Assembly: GCA_963793425.1 (NCBI GenBank)
Contig: CAWCAG010000005.1
Span: 1,760,001-1,824,000 of the forward strand
Direction: 5' to 3'
Origin: an uncultured cyanobacterium
GTDB taxonomy: Bacteria > Cyanobacteriota > Cyanobacteriia > Cyanobacteriales > CAWCAG01
Length of the DNA: 64,000 nucleotides
Position 1 is the stretch's first letter, and the number at the start of each line of letters is the position of its first letter. The translations under genes were made by a program, and so were the position numbers. The notes under the pieces are model-generated. The model had not been told where the DNA came from. It saw nothing but the letters and a program-made list of their open reading frames with translations, and made no database searches. This document shows positions 18,283 through 30,520 of the stretch, in pieces.

Positions 18283-18404
18283 TATAGCAATTCTCTTAAT
18301 TGTAAGGTACTAAATTATTTGTTTGAGGGTTCGCGTAGCGTTGCCGTAGGCTACAGGGAGTATAAGGAAAAGCTATTTACCTCATGTAACTTAGAATTGT
18401 TACA
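18283..18404. mobile_element. MITE-like element, degenerate copy of 11047-11160
   Basis: tatagcaattctctta.ttgt.aggtactaaatt...ggaaaagctat.tacctcatgt..cttagaattgttaca. Confidence 0.7.
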
Positions 18405-18565
18405 TTACCTATTACCTATTACTTATTACCTATTACCTATTACCTATTACCTATTACCTATTACTTATTACTTATTACCTATTACTTATTACCTATTACC
18501 TATTACCTATTACCTATTACTTATTACTTATTACTTATTACTTATTACTTATTACTTATTACTTA
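18405..18565. repeat. Heptamer tandem repeat TTACCTA/TTACTTA, about 23 units (STRR-type)
   Basis: Read directly; overlaps the polA stop. Confidence 0.95.
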
Positions 18566-21447
18566 GCTTCCATCCAATTTTTTCCTGAATTAATTTCCAC
18601 TAATAAAGGAACACTCAACTCTACAGCATTTTCCATGGTTGTTTTAATTTGATTCTGTAAATCTGGCCACTCTTCTGGAGGAATTTCTAAGATAAGTTCA
18701 TCATGAACTTGAAGTAATAACTTAGCTTGATAATTTGCGAGGATTTTCTGCAATTTTATCATAGCGATTTTAATGATGTCGGCACTGGAACCTTGTATAG
18801 GAGAATTAGCTGCTGCCCTTAATAATTGTGCATCATATTGACCAACATTTTTAACTTTGTTGAGATCAATATCTTGAGGATCACTACCTTTTAGTTTCCG
18901 GAGGCGATCGCTTGTAAAATTAAAGTAGCGGCGGCGGTTAAAAATGGTGGTAACAAAACCCTGGGCGATGGCTTCTTTTTTCTTGTTTTCTAAATAGTCG
19001 AAAATCAGGGCATAACGCTCTTTATAGCGTTCAATGAAATCTTTACCTACCTGAGAAGTTAATCCTGATTCTCTTGCAAAACGTTGCGCCCCCATGCCAT
19101 AAATAACCCCAAAGTTAATGATTTTTCCTAAGCGTCTTTCTTCTGGGGTTATTGCTTCTTTTTCAAAGATAATTTGTGCCGTGACTGTATGGACATCTTT
19201 TTGTTCTTGATAAGCGGCAACTAAAGTTGGTTCCTGACTAAGATGGGCCAGAATTCTTAACTCAATTTGTGAATAATCTGCCGCTACAAGTAACCAACCT
19301 TCTTTGGGAATGAAAGCTTGACGAATTTGTCGAGAAAAAGCGGTGCGAATGGGAATATTTTGTAAGTTAGGATGAGAAGAAGAAAGTCTTCCAGTGGTGG
19401 TAACGGTTTGATTAAAGTTGGTATGCACTCTATTTGTATCGGGGCGAATTAAAGCAGGTAAAGCATCTACATAGGTGGATTTTAATTTAGCTAAACTACG
19501 CTGTTCTAAAATGAGATCAATTAATTCATGATCTCCTTGTAATTTTTCTAATACGGCATGGTTAGTAGAATAGCCGGTTTTGGTTTTGCGAGTTTTCCTG
19601 GTATCTAAATTCAACTTTTCAAAAAGAACTTCACTCAACTGTTTAGGAGAAGCTAAATTAAACTCTTCTCCTGCTGCTCGATAAGCTTGTTGTTCAATTC
19701 TTTGTAAATCTTGCTCTAATTGTTGAGAGAACTTTTCTAAATACTCTTTGTCAATTCTTATCCCCACATATTCCATCTCTGCTAATACGGGTTCGAGGGG
19801 TTGTTCTATGGTTGTCAATAATTCTGCTAAAACTGGTTTATTGGCTAATTTTGCTTCTAATTCTGGTTTCAAACAAAAGGTACTATAAGCATCTAAACCA
19901 CAGTATTCTGCAACAAGAGGAATATCTAAATCAGCGATGGTTTTTCCTTTAGGAAGGTCTAAGTCTTCATAACTTTTGGCTTCAATCCCTGATAAGTATT
20001 TGAGGGCTAAATCTCCTAGTTTATGGGAAGCGTTAGGGTCTAAAATATAACTTGCCAACATAGTATCAAAGATAACCCCTTTTAGCTCAATTCCTTGGGC
20101 TTTGAATACTAAGCGGTCAAATTTAGCATTTTGCAAAACTTTAGGATAGTCTGTACTTTCTAGTACGGGTTGCAAAGCATCTAAAACTTCTTTTTTGGGT
20201 AAATTAGTACCGGAATTATGAGCTGTAGGGATATAAGCAACTTCTGTTAATTCCTGGCCCCAACAACAACCAATTCCTACCAATTCAGCATCCCTTGGTT
20301 CTAAGGCTGTGGTTTCGGTATCCCAAGCAACGGATATTTTTTGATAGGTTTTAAGTTGTTCAACTAAAGCAGTTAATTTCTCGGTGGTATCAATAACTTG
20401 CGGTTGTATTTGTAGTTGATTGACTTGCTGTTTTTTCTCTGTATCTTCAGCACTAAAAAACCATAGTTCTTCATCTTCAATAACTTCTACAGTTTCTTCT
20501 GCATTTTCTAATAAAGAATCACCACCGAACTTATCCTGTAACTTGCTAATATCTTTAACAAACTTCTTCAACTCCAACTCTTCTAATAAAGCTTGTAACC
20601 TAGGAGTATCAAAACCTGTCAACTGAAACTCCTTTGCTTGCAACTCTACTCCAGGAACCTCATAAACTAACTGAGCCATATACTGAGAATGGTAAGCAAT
20701 TTCTTTCCCCTCAGCCAACCTTTTCTTCTGTACCCCTTTAAGCTTGTCCAAATTCTCATAAACCCCTGCCAAAGTTTCATACTCTCGCAATAACTTAACA
20801 GCCGTTTTATCTCCTATGCCCCTAATACCAGGAATGTTATCAGATTTATCTCCCGACAAAGCTTTATAATCAACCACCTGAGAAGGTTTAATGCCCATCT
20901 TCTCTTCTACTTCCTCTTCCCCAAACTCAATGATGCCAGAAGCACTTTTCATGGCACGAGGATCTAAATAAAGAACAGAAACATCTTTTTGATTATCAAC
21001 TAACTGAAATAAATCGCGATCGCCACTAACAATTTTCACCTGATAACCTAAATCACTTCCTTGTTTAGCTAAAGCAGCAATTACATCATCTGCTTCATAA
21101 CCAGGAGTAAAAACAATGGGTAAATTCAAAGCCGAAATTAACTCCTGGAGATTTCCTAAATCGATGCTAAAATCCTCCGGAGTTTCCTTACGATCTGCTT
21201 TATAAGTGGCATCTTTTTCATGGCGAAAAGTCTTTCCTCCCAAATCAAAAGCTACCGCTACTAACTGAGGTTGTTGAGTATCCATAACATGAAGAAGAGA
21301 GTTAAGGAAACCGAAACAAACACTAGTAGGAATACCGCTTGAGGTATATAAGCCTCCGCTACGACTTTTTGCAAAGGCATAATAGGCACGAAAAGCTAAG
21401 GAATGGCCATCAATTAATAGTAGTTTTTTAGGCGTTGAATCCGGCAT
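18559..21447 (-). CDS. polA: DNA polymerase I
   Basis: 5'-3' exonuclease (LIDGHSLAFRAYYA), 3'-5' exonuclease (DTET) and polymerase motifs DYSQIELR, NFGVIYGMG, VHDEL. Confidence 0.98.
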   Translation of the reverse strand: MPDSTPKKLLLIDGHSLAFRAYYAFAKSRSGGLYTSSGIPTSVCFGFLNSLLHVMDTQQPQLVAVAFDLGGKTFRHEKDATYKADRKETPEDFSIDLGNLQELISALNLPIVFTPGYEADDVIAALAKQGSDLGYQVKIVSGDRDLFQLVDNQKDVSVLYLDPRAMKSASGIIEFGEEEVEEKMGIKPSQVVDYKALSGDKSDNIPGIRGIGDKTAVKLLREYETLAGVYENLDKLKGVQKKRLAEGKEIAYHSQYMAQLVYEVPGVELQAKEFQLTGFDTPRLQALLEELELKKFVKDISKLQDKFGGDSLLENAEETVEVIEDEELWFFSAEDTEKKQQVNQLQIQPQVIDTTEKLTALVEQLKTYQKISVAWDTETTALEPRDAELVGIGCCWGQELTEVAYIPTAHNSGTNLPKKEVLDALQPVLESTDYPKVLQNAKFDRLVFKAQGIELKGVIFDTMLASYILDPNASHKLGDLALKYLSGIEAKSYEDLDLPKGKTIADLDIPLVAEYCGLDAYSTFCLKPELEAKLANKPVLAELLTTIEQPLEPVLAEMEYVGIRIDKEYLEKFSQQLEQDLQRIEQQAYRAAGEEFNLASPKQLSEVLFEKLNLDTRKTRKTKTGYSTNHAVLEKLQGDHELIDLILEQRSLAKLKSTYVDALPALIRPDTNRVHTNFNQTVTTTGRLSSSHPNLQNIPIRTAFSRQIRQAFIPKEGWLLVAADYSQIELRILAHLSQEPTLVAAYQEQKDVHTVTAQIIFEKEAITPEERRLGKIINFGVIYGMGAQRFARESGLTSQVGKDFIERYKERYALIFDYLENKKKEAIAQGFVTTIFNRRRYFNFTSDRLRKLKGSDPQDIDLNKVKNVGQYDAQLLRAAANSPIQGSSADIIKIAMIKLQKILANYQAKLLLQVHDELILEIPPEEWPDLQNQIKTTMENAVELSVPLLVEINSGKNWMEAK

Positions 21448-21597
21448 ATTTTTTTATTACTAATTTTTTAAATCAAACACCACATTATACGTAGCTAGAA
21501 CATATTTTAAACCTAAAGAAAAACAGACATTCTCCAAAATGTTCTTAGGCAAGGCTGCTTAAGCATCTACTCAATCTTCCCGGAGAAATTATAAATT

Positions 21598-21858
21598 ATG
21601 AAAGCTAACTGTTTTTCTAAGTCTATAGCTACGGCGATCGCAACTGGTTGGCTTTTATCTGGCATTGTACCTATTAATGTTAATCCTGATTCTCTGTTCA
21701 ACGCTTCAACCTCTAGGGTGAACAAAAGCCTTAGAGTCAATGTCACAAGTCTTGTTCCTTCAGCAAGTCAGCTATTAGTTAAATATCAAAAAGCGAGTAA
21801 ACCTCGTTTTGCTTCTCAGATTATGGTTTTCAACCAACAAGAAATTATTTCTAAATGA
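21598..21858 (+). CDS. Small hypothetical protein with signal-peptide-like N-terminus, possibly truncated
   Basis: 86-aa ORF, ATG, GGAG upstream. Confidence 0.45.
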   Translation: MKANCFSKSIATAIATGWLLSGIVPINVNPDSLFNASTSRVNKSLRVNVTSLVPSASQLLVKYQKASKPRFASQIMVFNQQEIISK

Positions 21859-21921
21859 TTTTGCTTTAATTTTGAGGCTGCTGTAAACAAATCAATTAAC
21901 TAAACAGTTGCTAAAGAGATG

Positions 21922-21987
21922 GTTTTTAAAAACTGCTTCCATGGGCGCACCTTTTCCACCATATACATAATATCATGTCAAGGAAGA
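21922..21987 (-). repeat. Dispersed ~65-bp repeat, copy 2
   Basis: gggcgcaccttttccaccatatacataatatcatgtcaagg core. Confidence 0.85.
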
Positions 21988-22032
21988 CTTTGCTTCATGC
22001 TCAATACTAATTAATTCATTCAAAACAATTCG

Positions 22033-25000
22033 ATGAAATGGAAATTTTTCGCTGATCGCGGTGGTACATTTACTGACTTAGTTGCGATCACCCCCGACTC
22101 TCAGGTAATCATTCACAAACTACTTTCAGAAAATCCTGAACGCTATGACGATGCAGTTATTCAAGGCATTCGGGATCTCCTTAACCTTCCTGGAGATGTA
22201 CCTATCCCCTCAGAAAAAATTGAAGTGGTGAAAATGGGAACAACCGTTGCTACCAATGCCTTATTAGAAAGAAAAGGTGATCCCACTTTATTACTTATAA
22301 CTGAAGGGTTTAAAGATGCGTTGCGGATTGCTTATCAAAATCGCCCTGATATTTTCGCCCAGCAAATCATCCTACCAGAAATGCTTTACCAACAGGTAAT
22401 TGAAGTTAAAGAACGTTATAGCGCCAAGGGAGAAGAGTTGCAACCTCTCGACACAACAGAGTTACTTCCTGCATTAGAAGCTGCCTATAATAATGGCATC
22501 CGCAGTTGTGCTATTGTTCTTTTACATAGCTATCGCTATCCTCTCCATGAACAGCAACTAGCAGCCTTGGTGCAAGAAATCGGCTTTACGCAAATTTCTG
22601 TTTCTCACCAAGTAAGTCCTTTAATGAAATTAGTCAGTCGTGGAGACACAACGGTTGTCGATGCTTACCTCTCCCCAATTTTACGCCGCTATGTCAACCA
22701 AGTTAGCAGTAGCTTAGGGCAAGCAGCCACAGATTCACCTCAATTAATGTTCATGCAATCCAACGGCGGCTTAATAGCAGCTAACCAGTTTCAAGGTAAA
22801 GATAGCATTTTATCTGGTCCCGCAGGGGGCATTGTGGGAGCGGTACAAACTAGTAAACTAGCTGGCTTCAACAAGATTATCACCTTTGATATGGGAGGAA
22901 CCTCTACCGATGTTGCTCATTATCAGGGAGAATATGAAAGGCAAGGAGAAACAGAGATTGCAGGGGTAAAATTGCGGACTCCCATGCTGGCAATTCATAC
23001 TGTGGCGGCGGGGGGGAGTTCCTTAGTTAAGTTTGACGGTTTCCGCTATCGAGTCGGGCCAGAGTCTGCTGGTGCAAATCCTGGCCCCGCTTGCTATCGT
23101 CGCGGCGGTGCTTTAGCAATTACTGATTGTAATGTTTTATTGGGGAAAATTCAACCCCAGTTTTTCCCCCAAGTATTTGGTATTGAAGGTAATTTACCCT
23201 TAGATCAAGAGATTGTCCAACAGCAGTTTATAGCATTAGCTACCAAGATTAAAGATGCTACAGGAAATAAACCAACCCCAGAAGAAATAGCCTCCGGTTT
23301 CATTACCATTGCCGTAGAAAATATGGCCAATGCCATCAAAAAAATCTCCTTACAACGGGGTTACGACGTTTCTAGCTACACCCTTTGTTGTTTCGGTGGT
23401 GCAGGGGGACAACACGCTTGTCTAATCGCTGATACCTTGGGCATCAAGCAAGTATTTATTCATCCCTATGCTGGGGTCTTATCTGCCTATGGTATGGGTT
23501 TGGCAGATGTGAGGGTGATCAAGGAAAAAGCAGTAGAGGAACAGTTGCAAATAGAGTTAAATTTAGAAGAGATATTTACAGAATTAACCGCCGTAGCAAG
23601 AGCAGAAATCAACACCCCTGGAACTATTCTGCGCCGAGTAAAGCTAAAATATCAAGGTACAGACTCCACCTTGCAAATCCCTTATGCCCCCACCGTCAAA
23701 GCAATGGCAGAAGAATTCGCCTCACAACATCAACAACGTTACGGTTTTGTACAAACGGAAAAAGCTTTGATTGTGGAATCTGTGGCAGTGGAAGCAATAC
23801 AACAAATGGAAACACTGGAAGAAGCCACCATTCCTCAAAATTCCCGTAATTCTCCTCAGCCAATTGCCACAGTGCAAATGTACACAACTGGGCAATGGCA
23901 TTCTACCCCTGTGTTTAAGCGAGATGACTTGCAACGAGGAGATTGTATTGCTGGCCCAGCCATGATCATTGAAGGAACAGGAACCAACATCATTGAACTA
24001 GGTTGGCAAGCAGAATTAAATGAGTGCAACCACTTTATTTTAAAATCTTTAGAGCAAAATTTATCTCCTACTGTTCAATCCAAAGAATATGACCCGGTTA
24101 AGTTAGAAATATTCAACAATCTCTTCCGGGCGATCGCAGAACAAATGGGGGTCACGTTGCAAAACACAGCCTCTTCAGTTAACATCAAAGAACGCCTCGA
24201 CTTTTCCTGTGCCATCTTCAATCAACAAGGACAATTAATAGCCAATGCCCCCCATATACCTGTACATTTGGGTTCTATGGGGGAAAGTGTAACCGCCTTA
24301 ATTAGCGATGCCCAGATAGATTTGCAACCAGGGGATGTTTATATGCTGAACAATCCCTACAACGGTGGCACTCATTTACCTGACATCACCGTCATCACCC
24401 CTGTATTTGCTCAAAACAACCAGGAAATCATCTTCTACGTTGCTTCCCGTGGACATCAAGCCGACATTGGTGGTATAACCCCCGGTTCCATGCCTCCCCA
24501 CAGCACAACTGTCACCGAAGAAGGTATCCTCATCAATAACTTCCCCTTAGTTACTGCCGGAAAATTCAGGGAACAAGAAGTACTGCAACTCCTCACCTCT
24601 GGTAAATATCCTAGCCGCAACCCCCACCAAAACATCGCTGATCTACAAGCCCAAATTGCCGCTAATGAAAAAGGAGTGCAGGAACTGCAAAAAATGGTAG
24701 CCAACTTCGGTTTAGAAGTAGTTCAAGCTTATATGGGTTATGTTCAAGATAATGCAGAAGAATCAGTACGTTGTGCCATTGAAGTACTTAATCATGGGGA
24801 GTTTGCTTACCCAATGGATAATGGCAGTGAAATCAAAGTCACCATCACCATCAACAAAGTTAACCGGAGTGCCAAAATAGATTTCACTGGTACATCACCA
24901 CAACTCCATAGCAATTTCAACGCCCCCCAAGCAGTTTGCAAAGCGGCTGTACTTTACGTCTTCCGTACCTTAGTTAAAGATGATATTCCTCTCAACGCAG

Positions 25001-25620
25001 GTTGCCTCAACCCCCTAGAAATAGTTATCCCTGAAGGATGCCTTCTCAATCCTCGCTATCCGGCTGCTGTAGTGGCAGGTAACGTAGAAACATCCCAATG
25101 TATTGTTGATACTTTATACGGTGCATTAGGAATCATGGCAGCCTCCCAGGGGACAATGAACAACTTCACCTTCGGCAACGCTAAATATCAATATTACGAA
25201 ACTATTTGTGGCGGTTCCGGTGCAGGAAGAGACTTTCCTGGCACAGATGCGGTACATACCCACATGACCAACTCTCGCTTAACTGATCCAGAAGTGCTAG
25301 AATGGCGTTTTCCTATCCAGTTAGAAAGTTTCGCCATTCGCCAAGGAAGTGGCGGTCCAGGAAAATATCCCGGCGGCAATGGTATAATCAGACGCATCTG
25401 TTTCTTAGAACCTATGACAGCAGGCATTCTCTCTGGACATAGAATAGTACCCCCTTTTGGTATAGCTGGAGGGCAACCTGGCGCTTTAGGTAAAAATTGG
25501 TTACAACGGCAAGATGGGACTGTAGAGGAATTAAACAGTACAGCTACAGTAGAGATGTCTGTGGGAAATACCTTTGTGATTGAAACCCCTGGTGGAGGAG
25601 GGTTTGGTTCTCATACTTAA
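22033..25620 (+). CDS. oplA: 5-oxoprolinase (fused hydantoinase A/B)
   Basis: [36 protein letters not shown] and ETPGGGG motifs; 1195 aa. Confidence 0.93.
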   Translation: MKWKFFADRGGTFTDLVAITPDSQVIIHKLLSENPERYDDAVIQGIRDLLNLPGDVPIPSEKIEVVKMGTTVATNALLERKGDPTLLLITEGFKDALRIAYQNRPDIFAQQIILPEMLYQQVIEVKERYSAKGEELQPLDTTELLPALEAAYNNGIRSCAIVLLHSYRYPLHEQQLAALVQEIGFTQISVSHQVSPLMKLVSRGDTTVVDAYLSPILRRYVNQVSSSLGQAATDSPQLMFMQSNGGLIAANQFQGKDSILSGPAGGIVGAVQTSKLAGFNKIITFDMGGTSTDVAHYQGEYERQGETEIAGVKLRTPMLAIHTVAAGGSSLVKFDGFRYRVGPESAGANPGPACYRRGGALAITDCNVLLGKIQPQFFPQVFGIEGNLPLDQEIVQQQFIALATKIKDATGNKPTPEEIASGFITIAVENMANAIKKISLQRGYDVSSYTLCCFGGAGGQHACLIADTLGIKQVFIHPYAGVLSAYGMGLADVRVIKEKAVEEQLQIELNLEEIFTELTAVARAEINTPGTILRRVKLKYQGTDSTLQIPYAPTVKAMAEEFASQHQQRYGFVQTEKALIVESVAVEAIQQMETLEEATIPQNSRNSPQPIATVQMYTTGQWHSTPVFKRDDLQRGDCIAGPAMIIEGTGTNIIELGWQAELNECNHFILKSLEQNLSPTVQSKEYDPVKLEIFNNLFRAIAEQMGVTLQNTASSVNIKERLDFSCAIFNQQGQLIANAPHIPVHLGSMGESVTALISDAQIDLQPGDVYMLNNPYNGGTHLPDITVITPVFAQNNQEIIFYVASRGHQADIGGITPGSMPPHSTTVTEEGILINNFPLVTAGKFREQEVLQLLTSGKYPSRNPHQNIADLQAQIAANEKGVQELQKMVANFGLEVVQAYMGYVQDNAEESVRCAIEVLNHGEFAYPMDNGSEIKVTITINKVNRSAKIDFTGTSPQLHSNFNAPQAVCKAAVLYVFRTLVKDDIPLNAGCLNPLEIVIPEGCLLNPRYPAAVVAGNVETSQCIVDTLYGALGIMAASQGTMNNFTFGNAKYQYYETICGGSGAGRDFPGTDAVHTHMTNSRLTDPEVLEWRFPIQLESFAIRQGSGGPGKYPGGNGIIRRICFLEPMTAGILSGHRIVPPFGIAGGQPGALGKNWLQRQDGTVEELNSTATVEMSVGNTFVIETPGGGGFGSHT

Positions 25621-25816
25621 TCTTGTTGAGTTGCATGACTTGTTTGTTAAGGTAGGGAGTGGGGAGTAGGGAGTAGGGTTTGAGAACTCTATTCGGTCGA
25701 TTTTATCAGGATACTAAAGTACCTGGATTTACTATTAGCGAATAGCCCCAACTTTTTCTCAAACTACCTCAAAAAGTGCGATCGCATCAACAAATTTATC
25801 TTGTTTGTAAAACTCA

Positions 25817-27109
25817 ATGGTTAAAGACAGAAGCCTGGTTCCTAGTGAACAAGCTATGGAGTTGTTTAATCGCTATAGCGGCACTTTAAATATAGTAGTA
25901 ATTAGTCACTTAAACGGAGAAATTGACGAAGCAATTCTGAGGGAAAGTTTAGATTTACTTCAAGCTACTTATCCCCGCCTTAATTGGCATATTACGGGTT
26001 CTTTTCACAATTGGAAATTTACTGATGAAGGCACTAAGAAAATTTCTTTGCGTGTCGTAAATACAGACTCTTATAATTGTTGGCAAGAAGTAGTAACAGA
26101 AGAGTTGAATCAAAAAACTCTTAGTAATGAATGTTTACTACGTTATGTACTTTGGCAAAATCCTCAACAAACTTGTTTAATTGCTACAATTCATCACGGC
26201 ATAGCCGATGGTTTATCTGCGGTACAACTACAGGTAGAACTATTAACCTATTATCAAAAAATTGCTGCTGGAAAATCTCCTACTCCTCATCATAATTTAC
26301 CCCATCTTCCTGCAATAACTGATTTATTACCCAAAGTAATGCAAGGTTATAGAGGAATTGTAAGAAGCACTTTCTTTTTACTGAAAACAAAACTAAAGAT
26401 GTTGCGGTTTAAGCCAGAATGCCTTAAAAGCGAAATAAAAGTACCTCTAGAATCTCGCAGTTGTACCATGACTCAGAGATTTTTAGCAGCAGAAGTAACT
26501 GAGAAATTAATTAGCTTAAGTAAACAAAACAAGACGACAATACAGGGAGTGTTGTGTGCAGCAATCTCCATTGCTGTAGCTAATCAAATTAGAGATGGAA
26601 AAATGAGAAATATTAATGTTTCTTGCAGTTCCTATGTGGATTTGCGCCGAAGGGCAGAACCCACAATCACCTTAAAAGCAATGGGAATTTTTGTATCTTT
26701 TATCAATACTTTCCATACCCTAACGCCACAAAAATCCTTTTGGGAATTAGCCCAAGAAGTAAGTAGAGAAATCCAGCTAGGTTTAAGTAAGCAAGATCAT
26801 TTCAAGCCTCTAAGGTTAATGAGACAAGTTGCTGCTTATTATTTAGCTAATCCTGATCAGCTTTCTCTAACAACTTCTGTGACTAACTTAGGCAAGTTGA
26901 ATATACCAACAGAATATGGAGATTTAGAGTTAAAAGAAATTAGTTTTCTTCCCTCTAATGTTGTTTTTGGCAGAACTTTAACTGTGGCAGTAACAACCTT
27001 TAAAGGTAAGATGATTCTTAATTTTCTAGTTTCTCAACCTTCAGTTAGTAAAGAGACAATGGAAAAGTTAGCGGATCAAGTTATTCAACATTTGTCATTA
27101 AAACATTGA
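25817..27109 (+). CDS. Stand-alone condensation-domain / CoA-dependent acyltransferase (PapA5-like)
   Basis: HHGIADG (HHxxxDG), VDLRRR and TNLG motifs. Confidence 0.85.
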   Translation: MVKDRSLVPSEQAMELFNRYSGTLNIVVISHLNGEIDEAILRESLDLLQATYPRLNWHITGSFHNWKFTDEGTKKISLRVVNTDSYNCWQEVVTEELNQKTLSNECLLRYVLWQNPQQTCLIATIHHGIADGLSAVQLQVELLTYYQKIAAGKSPTPHHNLPHLPAITDLLPKVMQGYRGIVRSTFFLLKTKLKMLRFKPECLKSEIKVPLESRSCTMTQRFLAAEVTEKLISLSKQNKTTIQGVLCAAISIAVANQIRDGKMRNINVSCSSYVDLRRRAEPTITLKAMGIFVSFINTFHTLTPQKSFWELAQEVSREIQLGLSKQDHFKPLRLMRQVAAYYLANPDQLSLTTSVTNLGKLNIPTEYGDLELKEISFLPSNVVFGRTLTVAVTTFKGKMILNFLVSQPSVSKETMEKLADQVIQHLSLKH

Positions 27110-27271
27110 ACATTAAACATTTATCATTTATCATTAAACATAGCCTTTCTTCGACTCATATGCACAATTTTGTATTCCTGTATTTCCACACTTCAACTAG
27201 CCACTAGCCGTTAGCAAAAGCGCAAAAACCAGAATCTAGGCTGTACCTTACTAGACTGTTGTTTTGCTGTA

Positions 27272-29521
27272 TTAATCTTTAACTCTTTGTACCGCAGCTT
27301 CTGCATTTACCAATCCGCTACCGAAGAAATACTGTTTAGCTGATTCTTGATTAGCCATTAGATCAGCTTTATAAAGAGCAATTTCCTCTTCCCTTAAACT
27401 CAATCCTTGGTAACTAGAGGTTTGTTGAAGAATTTCTACTATTTGTTCTCGGTTGAGACTTTGCGAAACATCTTCCCCCTTCATTAAAGCTATAACTCCA
27501 GCTACAGCAGGAGTTGCGAAAGAAGTTCCTAAACTCCAACGATATTTTCCTCTCGTATCAAAATTCGGTCCCCAATTCCCTGGATTATCAATACCAGTCC
27601 AAAAAGCATTTAACCAGGTTCCCCCAGTGGTAAGAATGCGGCCTAAGTTACGGGGGGCTGTGTTATCTCCTCCGGGGGCAACAACAGTTATGGTTTGGGC
27701 TAAATTCTCGTTTTCACCATAATTGCTATAGGAAGCACGATAGCCATTGAGATTCGTTGCACCAACGGCAACCACTCCTGGCACTCCAGCCGGAAAAATG
27801 ATATTGCCTTGGTTTTGATTTCCCGCAGCAGCAACAATAACTAATTGAGGATCAGCTTCTAGAAGTTCCGATATCAGTTCAACCTCCCCTTGGGAAGGCA
27901 TTTGAGAGCCAAGACTGAGGTTGATAATATCAACTTTCCTCGCCCCTGCATAAGCTAAAGCTTCTAAGTAAGCAGCATTAGAAAAACTGCCGTTCATCCC
28001 AATAACTCGTATAGGTAAAATTTGAGCTTGGGGGGCGACTCCAGTTACTCCAGCTTCTTCTTGGGGTTTGGCAGCGACAACCCCGGAAACCATAGTACCG
28101 TGGAACTCTGCGGCTACTTGATTACGGATGCGAAAACGAGCAGTGTTAGCAATTTGCGCTTCTTTGTATTTTGGGTATTGTCCGGCAATTTCGGTAAATA
28201 GTTGAGAATGTTGTTGGCGCAACTCCCCATCAGAGAGGGTAAACGCTTGACGAAATTGAGTACTAATGATTTGCAATTCTGCTGGGCTAACTCCTGTATC
28301 AGGATCATTTTCGACAAAATCCCAACCTTGCACTTCACCAGGTAAGCGATCGCTAACATTGCTAACTTTGTGGATGTTATTAATCAAGTCGGGATGTTCC
28401 CATTGAATTAAGCTATCAATTACAGCAACGGTTACCCCTTCACCACGATTACTTTGCTGCCAAGCTTCTGTCGCCCTAATATCAATGCGAGGGGAATTAA
28501 CATTTTCTTGAACCCCCATACTCTGTAAACATTTATCTAAATAACCTTCTAAACCTTCAAGATTATTAGGACGCTTCTTTAAACAACTAGTGAGGGAAGT
28601 ACTATTAAGATGCCAGTGCATAGCTAATAACTTGTTTTTTTTATCTCTATTAGCTTTGCTAAAATCAGGCTCTTCTTTTACATACTGGCTAGTAAGAGTT
28701 TGAATAAAATTAGGGTTAGCAGATTCTATATTAGGGACTTGATTAAGTTGGTTAGCAACTTGTAAAACTTCAGTACCCGAAGCTATAGTAGAACTCACCA
28801 AATAACGATTAGAGCTAAAACGTAGAGGACGAATTATTTGTAGATTATTTTCTTTAAGAATAGTTTGTTTCTCACTTTCAGATAGCCCAGAAGCAAAGTT
28901 AATTGTGATTTCGTTTGGTAAAATAATAACTTCCTTTTCCAAAGAAGTTTTTTCAGAGCGAGTCAATACTGGTAAAGTAGTTTCTACGTAATCTTTTTCT
29001 TCAATATTGCGCCTAACTGCTTTAGAAGTTTCGGTTGCGGCAGCAGAAAAACTTACCAAAGCATAATTTTCTCCTAATGACTTAACTTCTAAATTCAAAG
29101 GAGAATTGTTTTGAGCAGCACCAACCCCACTACGAGTAACTCCTCCTAAATCTTCTGCTTCTACATCTGCATCTTCTAAAACATCTTCTGGTGAATTTGG
29201 TGCTAAAACTCCTTCTTGCAAATCCTGTTGCAATTGCAGATGTAGAGGCAGATTAGAATTTTCTTGCTTCCTTTGCCCACTTATTTCTCCCCGGCTTGCC
29301 CCCCTTGTTGCCCCTACCAAACTTCTTTGCGGTTTAAAAGCAACAGCAAGTGCGTCAGAACGTAGATTCAAACTAATTTTTTGGTCAAAAAAGTTATAAT
29401 ATAGCTCATCTTCAGTAACTATTTGAGCTTTAGTAGGAGAAGTCAAGATGATTTCTGAAGCGCTGGTTGATAGTAAAAAATACCCCGCTAACAGAATTCG
29501 AGAGAAGACTGGGCTTTTCAT
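27272..29521 (-). CDS. Secreted S8 (subtilisin-like) serine peptidase
   Basis: Signal peptide; triad motifs VAVIDS, HGTMVSG, GTSFATP; AAAGN oxyanion motif. Confidence 0.92.
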   Translation of the reverse strand: MKSPVFSRILLAGYFLLSTSASEIILTSPTKAQIVTEDELYYNFFDQKISLNLRSDALAVAFKPQRSLVGATRGASRGEISGQRKQENSNLPLHLQLQQDLQEGVLAPNSPEDVLEDADVEAEDLGGVTRSGVGAAQNNSPLNLEVKSLGENYALVSFSAAATETSKAVRRNIEEKDYVETTLPVLTRSEKTSLEKEVIILPNEITINFASGLSESEKQTILKENNLQIIRPLRFSSNRYLVSSTIASGTEVLQVANQLNQVPNIESANPNFIQTLTSQYVKEEPDFSKANRDKKNKLLAMHWHLNSTSLTSCLKKRPNNLEGLEGYLDKCLQSMGVQENVNSPRIDIRATEAWQQSNRGEGVTVAVIDSLIQWEHPDLINNIHKVSNVSDRLPGEVQGWDFVENDPDTGVSPAELQIISTQFRQAFTLSDGELRQQHSQLFTEIAGQYPKYKEAQIANTARFRIRNQVAAEFHGTMVSGVVAAKPQEEAGVTGVAPQAQILPIRVIGMNGSFSNAAYLEALAYAGARKVDIINLSLGSQMPSQGEVELISELLEADPQLVIVAAAGNQNQGNIIFPAGVPGVVAVGATNLNGYRASYSNYGENENLAQTITVVAPGGDNTAPRNLGRILTTGGTWLNAFWTGIDNPGNWGPNFDTRGKYRWSLGTSFATPAVAGVIALMKGEDVSQSLNREQIVEILQQTSSYQGLSLREEEIALYKADLMANQESAKQYFFGSGLVNAEAAVQRVKD

Positions 29522-29837
29522 CTTAAGGAAGGCACATAGATTTGGTTACTATTCAGTTTAAGAGAGAATTAAGCTGCAATTTGCTTTCGTTACTTTTTTG
29601 TAACTCATACCGAATAGCGGTACTTAGACAAAAATCAAGCCCAAACAAAGCCCAAACTTTCTTTATGGCGAGCAAATACGTCGCTATTGTTGTTGAGCCA
29701 AGCCACGAAACGATAAGACATACCTGTCCTAAAAGTCAACAACCGCTTGTGCAAATGTCTCCAAAGGTTTGTTAGCCCAGCACCTTCTTAAACCCCCAGT
29801 TAGCTTGTGATAAACAATAAAAGTTTTTTTACTTAGA

Positions 29838-29978
29838 GTAGGGTGGGCAAAAAGATAATTAGGTTGTCTATCAAGCTTGTTTTGTAATGTTTGCCCACCA
29901 TTACCTAGTTAATCATTTGTGGGCAACAGCAAATAAATTTTTGATGCTCATTTAACTTGCTTATCTTGCCCACCCTAC
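29838..29978. repeat. GTAG...CTAC inverted REP doublet (REPIN-like)
   Basis: gtagggtgggcaa...ttgcccaccctac with internal ttgcccac/gtgggcaa. Confidence 0.8.
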
Positions 29979-30520
29979 AAAGTGCGATCGCAATAACTCA
30001 GATCAATTAAACTCTTACCATCATTGTTAAATGAAGTATGCAGCCATTCTAATAAATTTTTATCTAAAACTTCTGCTTCTTTGGCAATCTCTCTAACTGC
30101 TAGCGGATGAGAAGCAATTTCATCTTCACTCTAATTGCTCCGGCATTGCCTATTACATCATTTGCTAATTTAGGACTGTATATTATCACCTCTTTTCTGA
30201 AGAAAATTACCATAGCTAAGTACAATTCATATTTCTTAACTATAATTATAACTAATACTGATTAATCGAGATGAAGGCAAGAACTTAAACTCAGCTAATA
30301 TTCCTATTGGCTAATGGTTCAGAGGGGTTGACAAAAAACATTCTACTGCAAGAGAGATAGTCCATACCTAAAAACCAGTATAAGTAAATATTATAATTTG
30401 TCGGATTAGTAATTTCATTGCTAATGCAGGCTAAACTCTGGAGAGTTTTCTCGTAGTATCAAAAGTAATGCTTAAACAAAAAGCAACTACTGCCGTTCTG
30501 TTTAACAAGAGGAGAAACCT

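Noticed and set aside
18319..18588. 89-aa ORF with YYLLPIT repeats
   Set aside because: Read-through of the MITE and heptamer tract
27272..29521. S8 protease as a cyanobactin or other RiPP maturation enzyme
   Set aside because: It has a secretion signal, and no precursor peptide, YcaO or other RiPP genes are nearby
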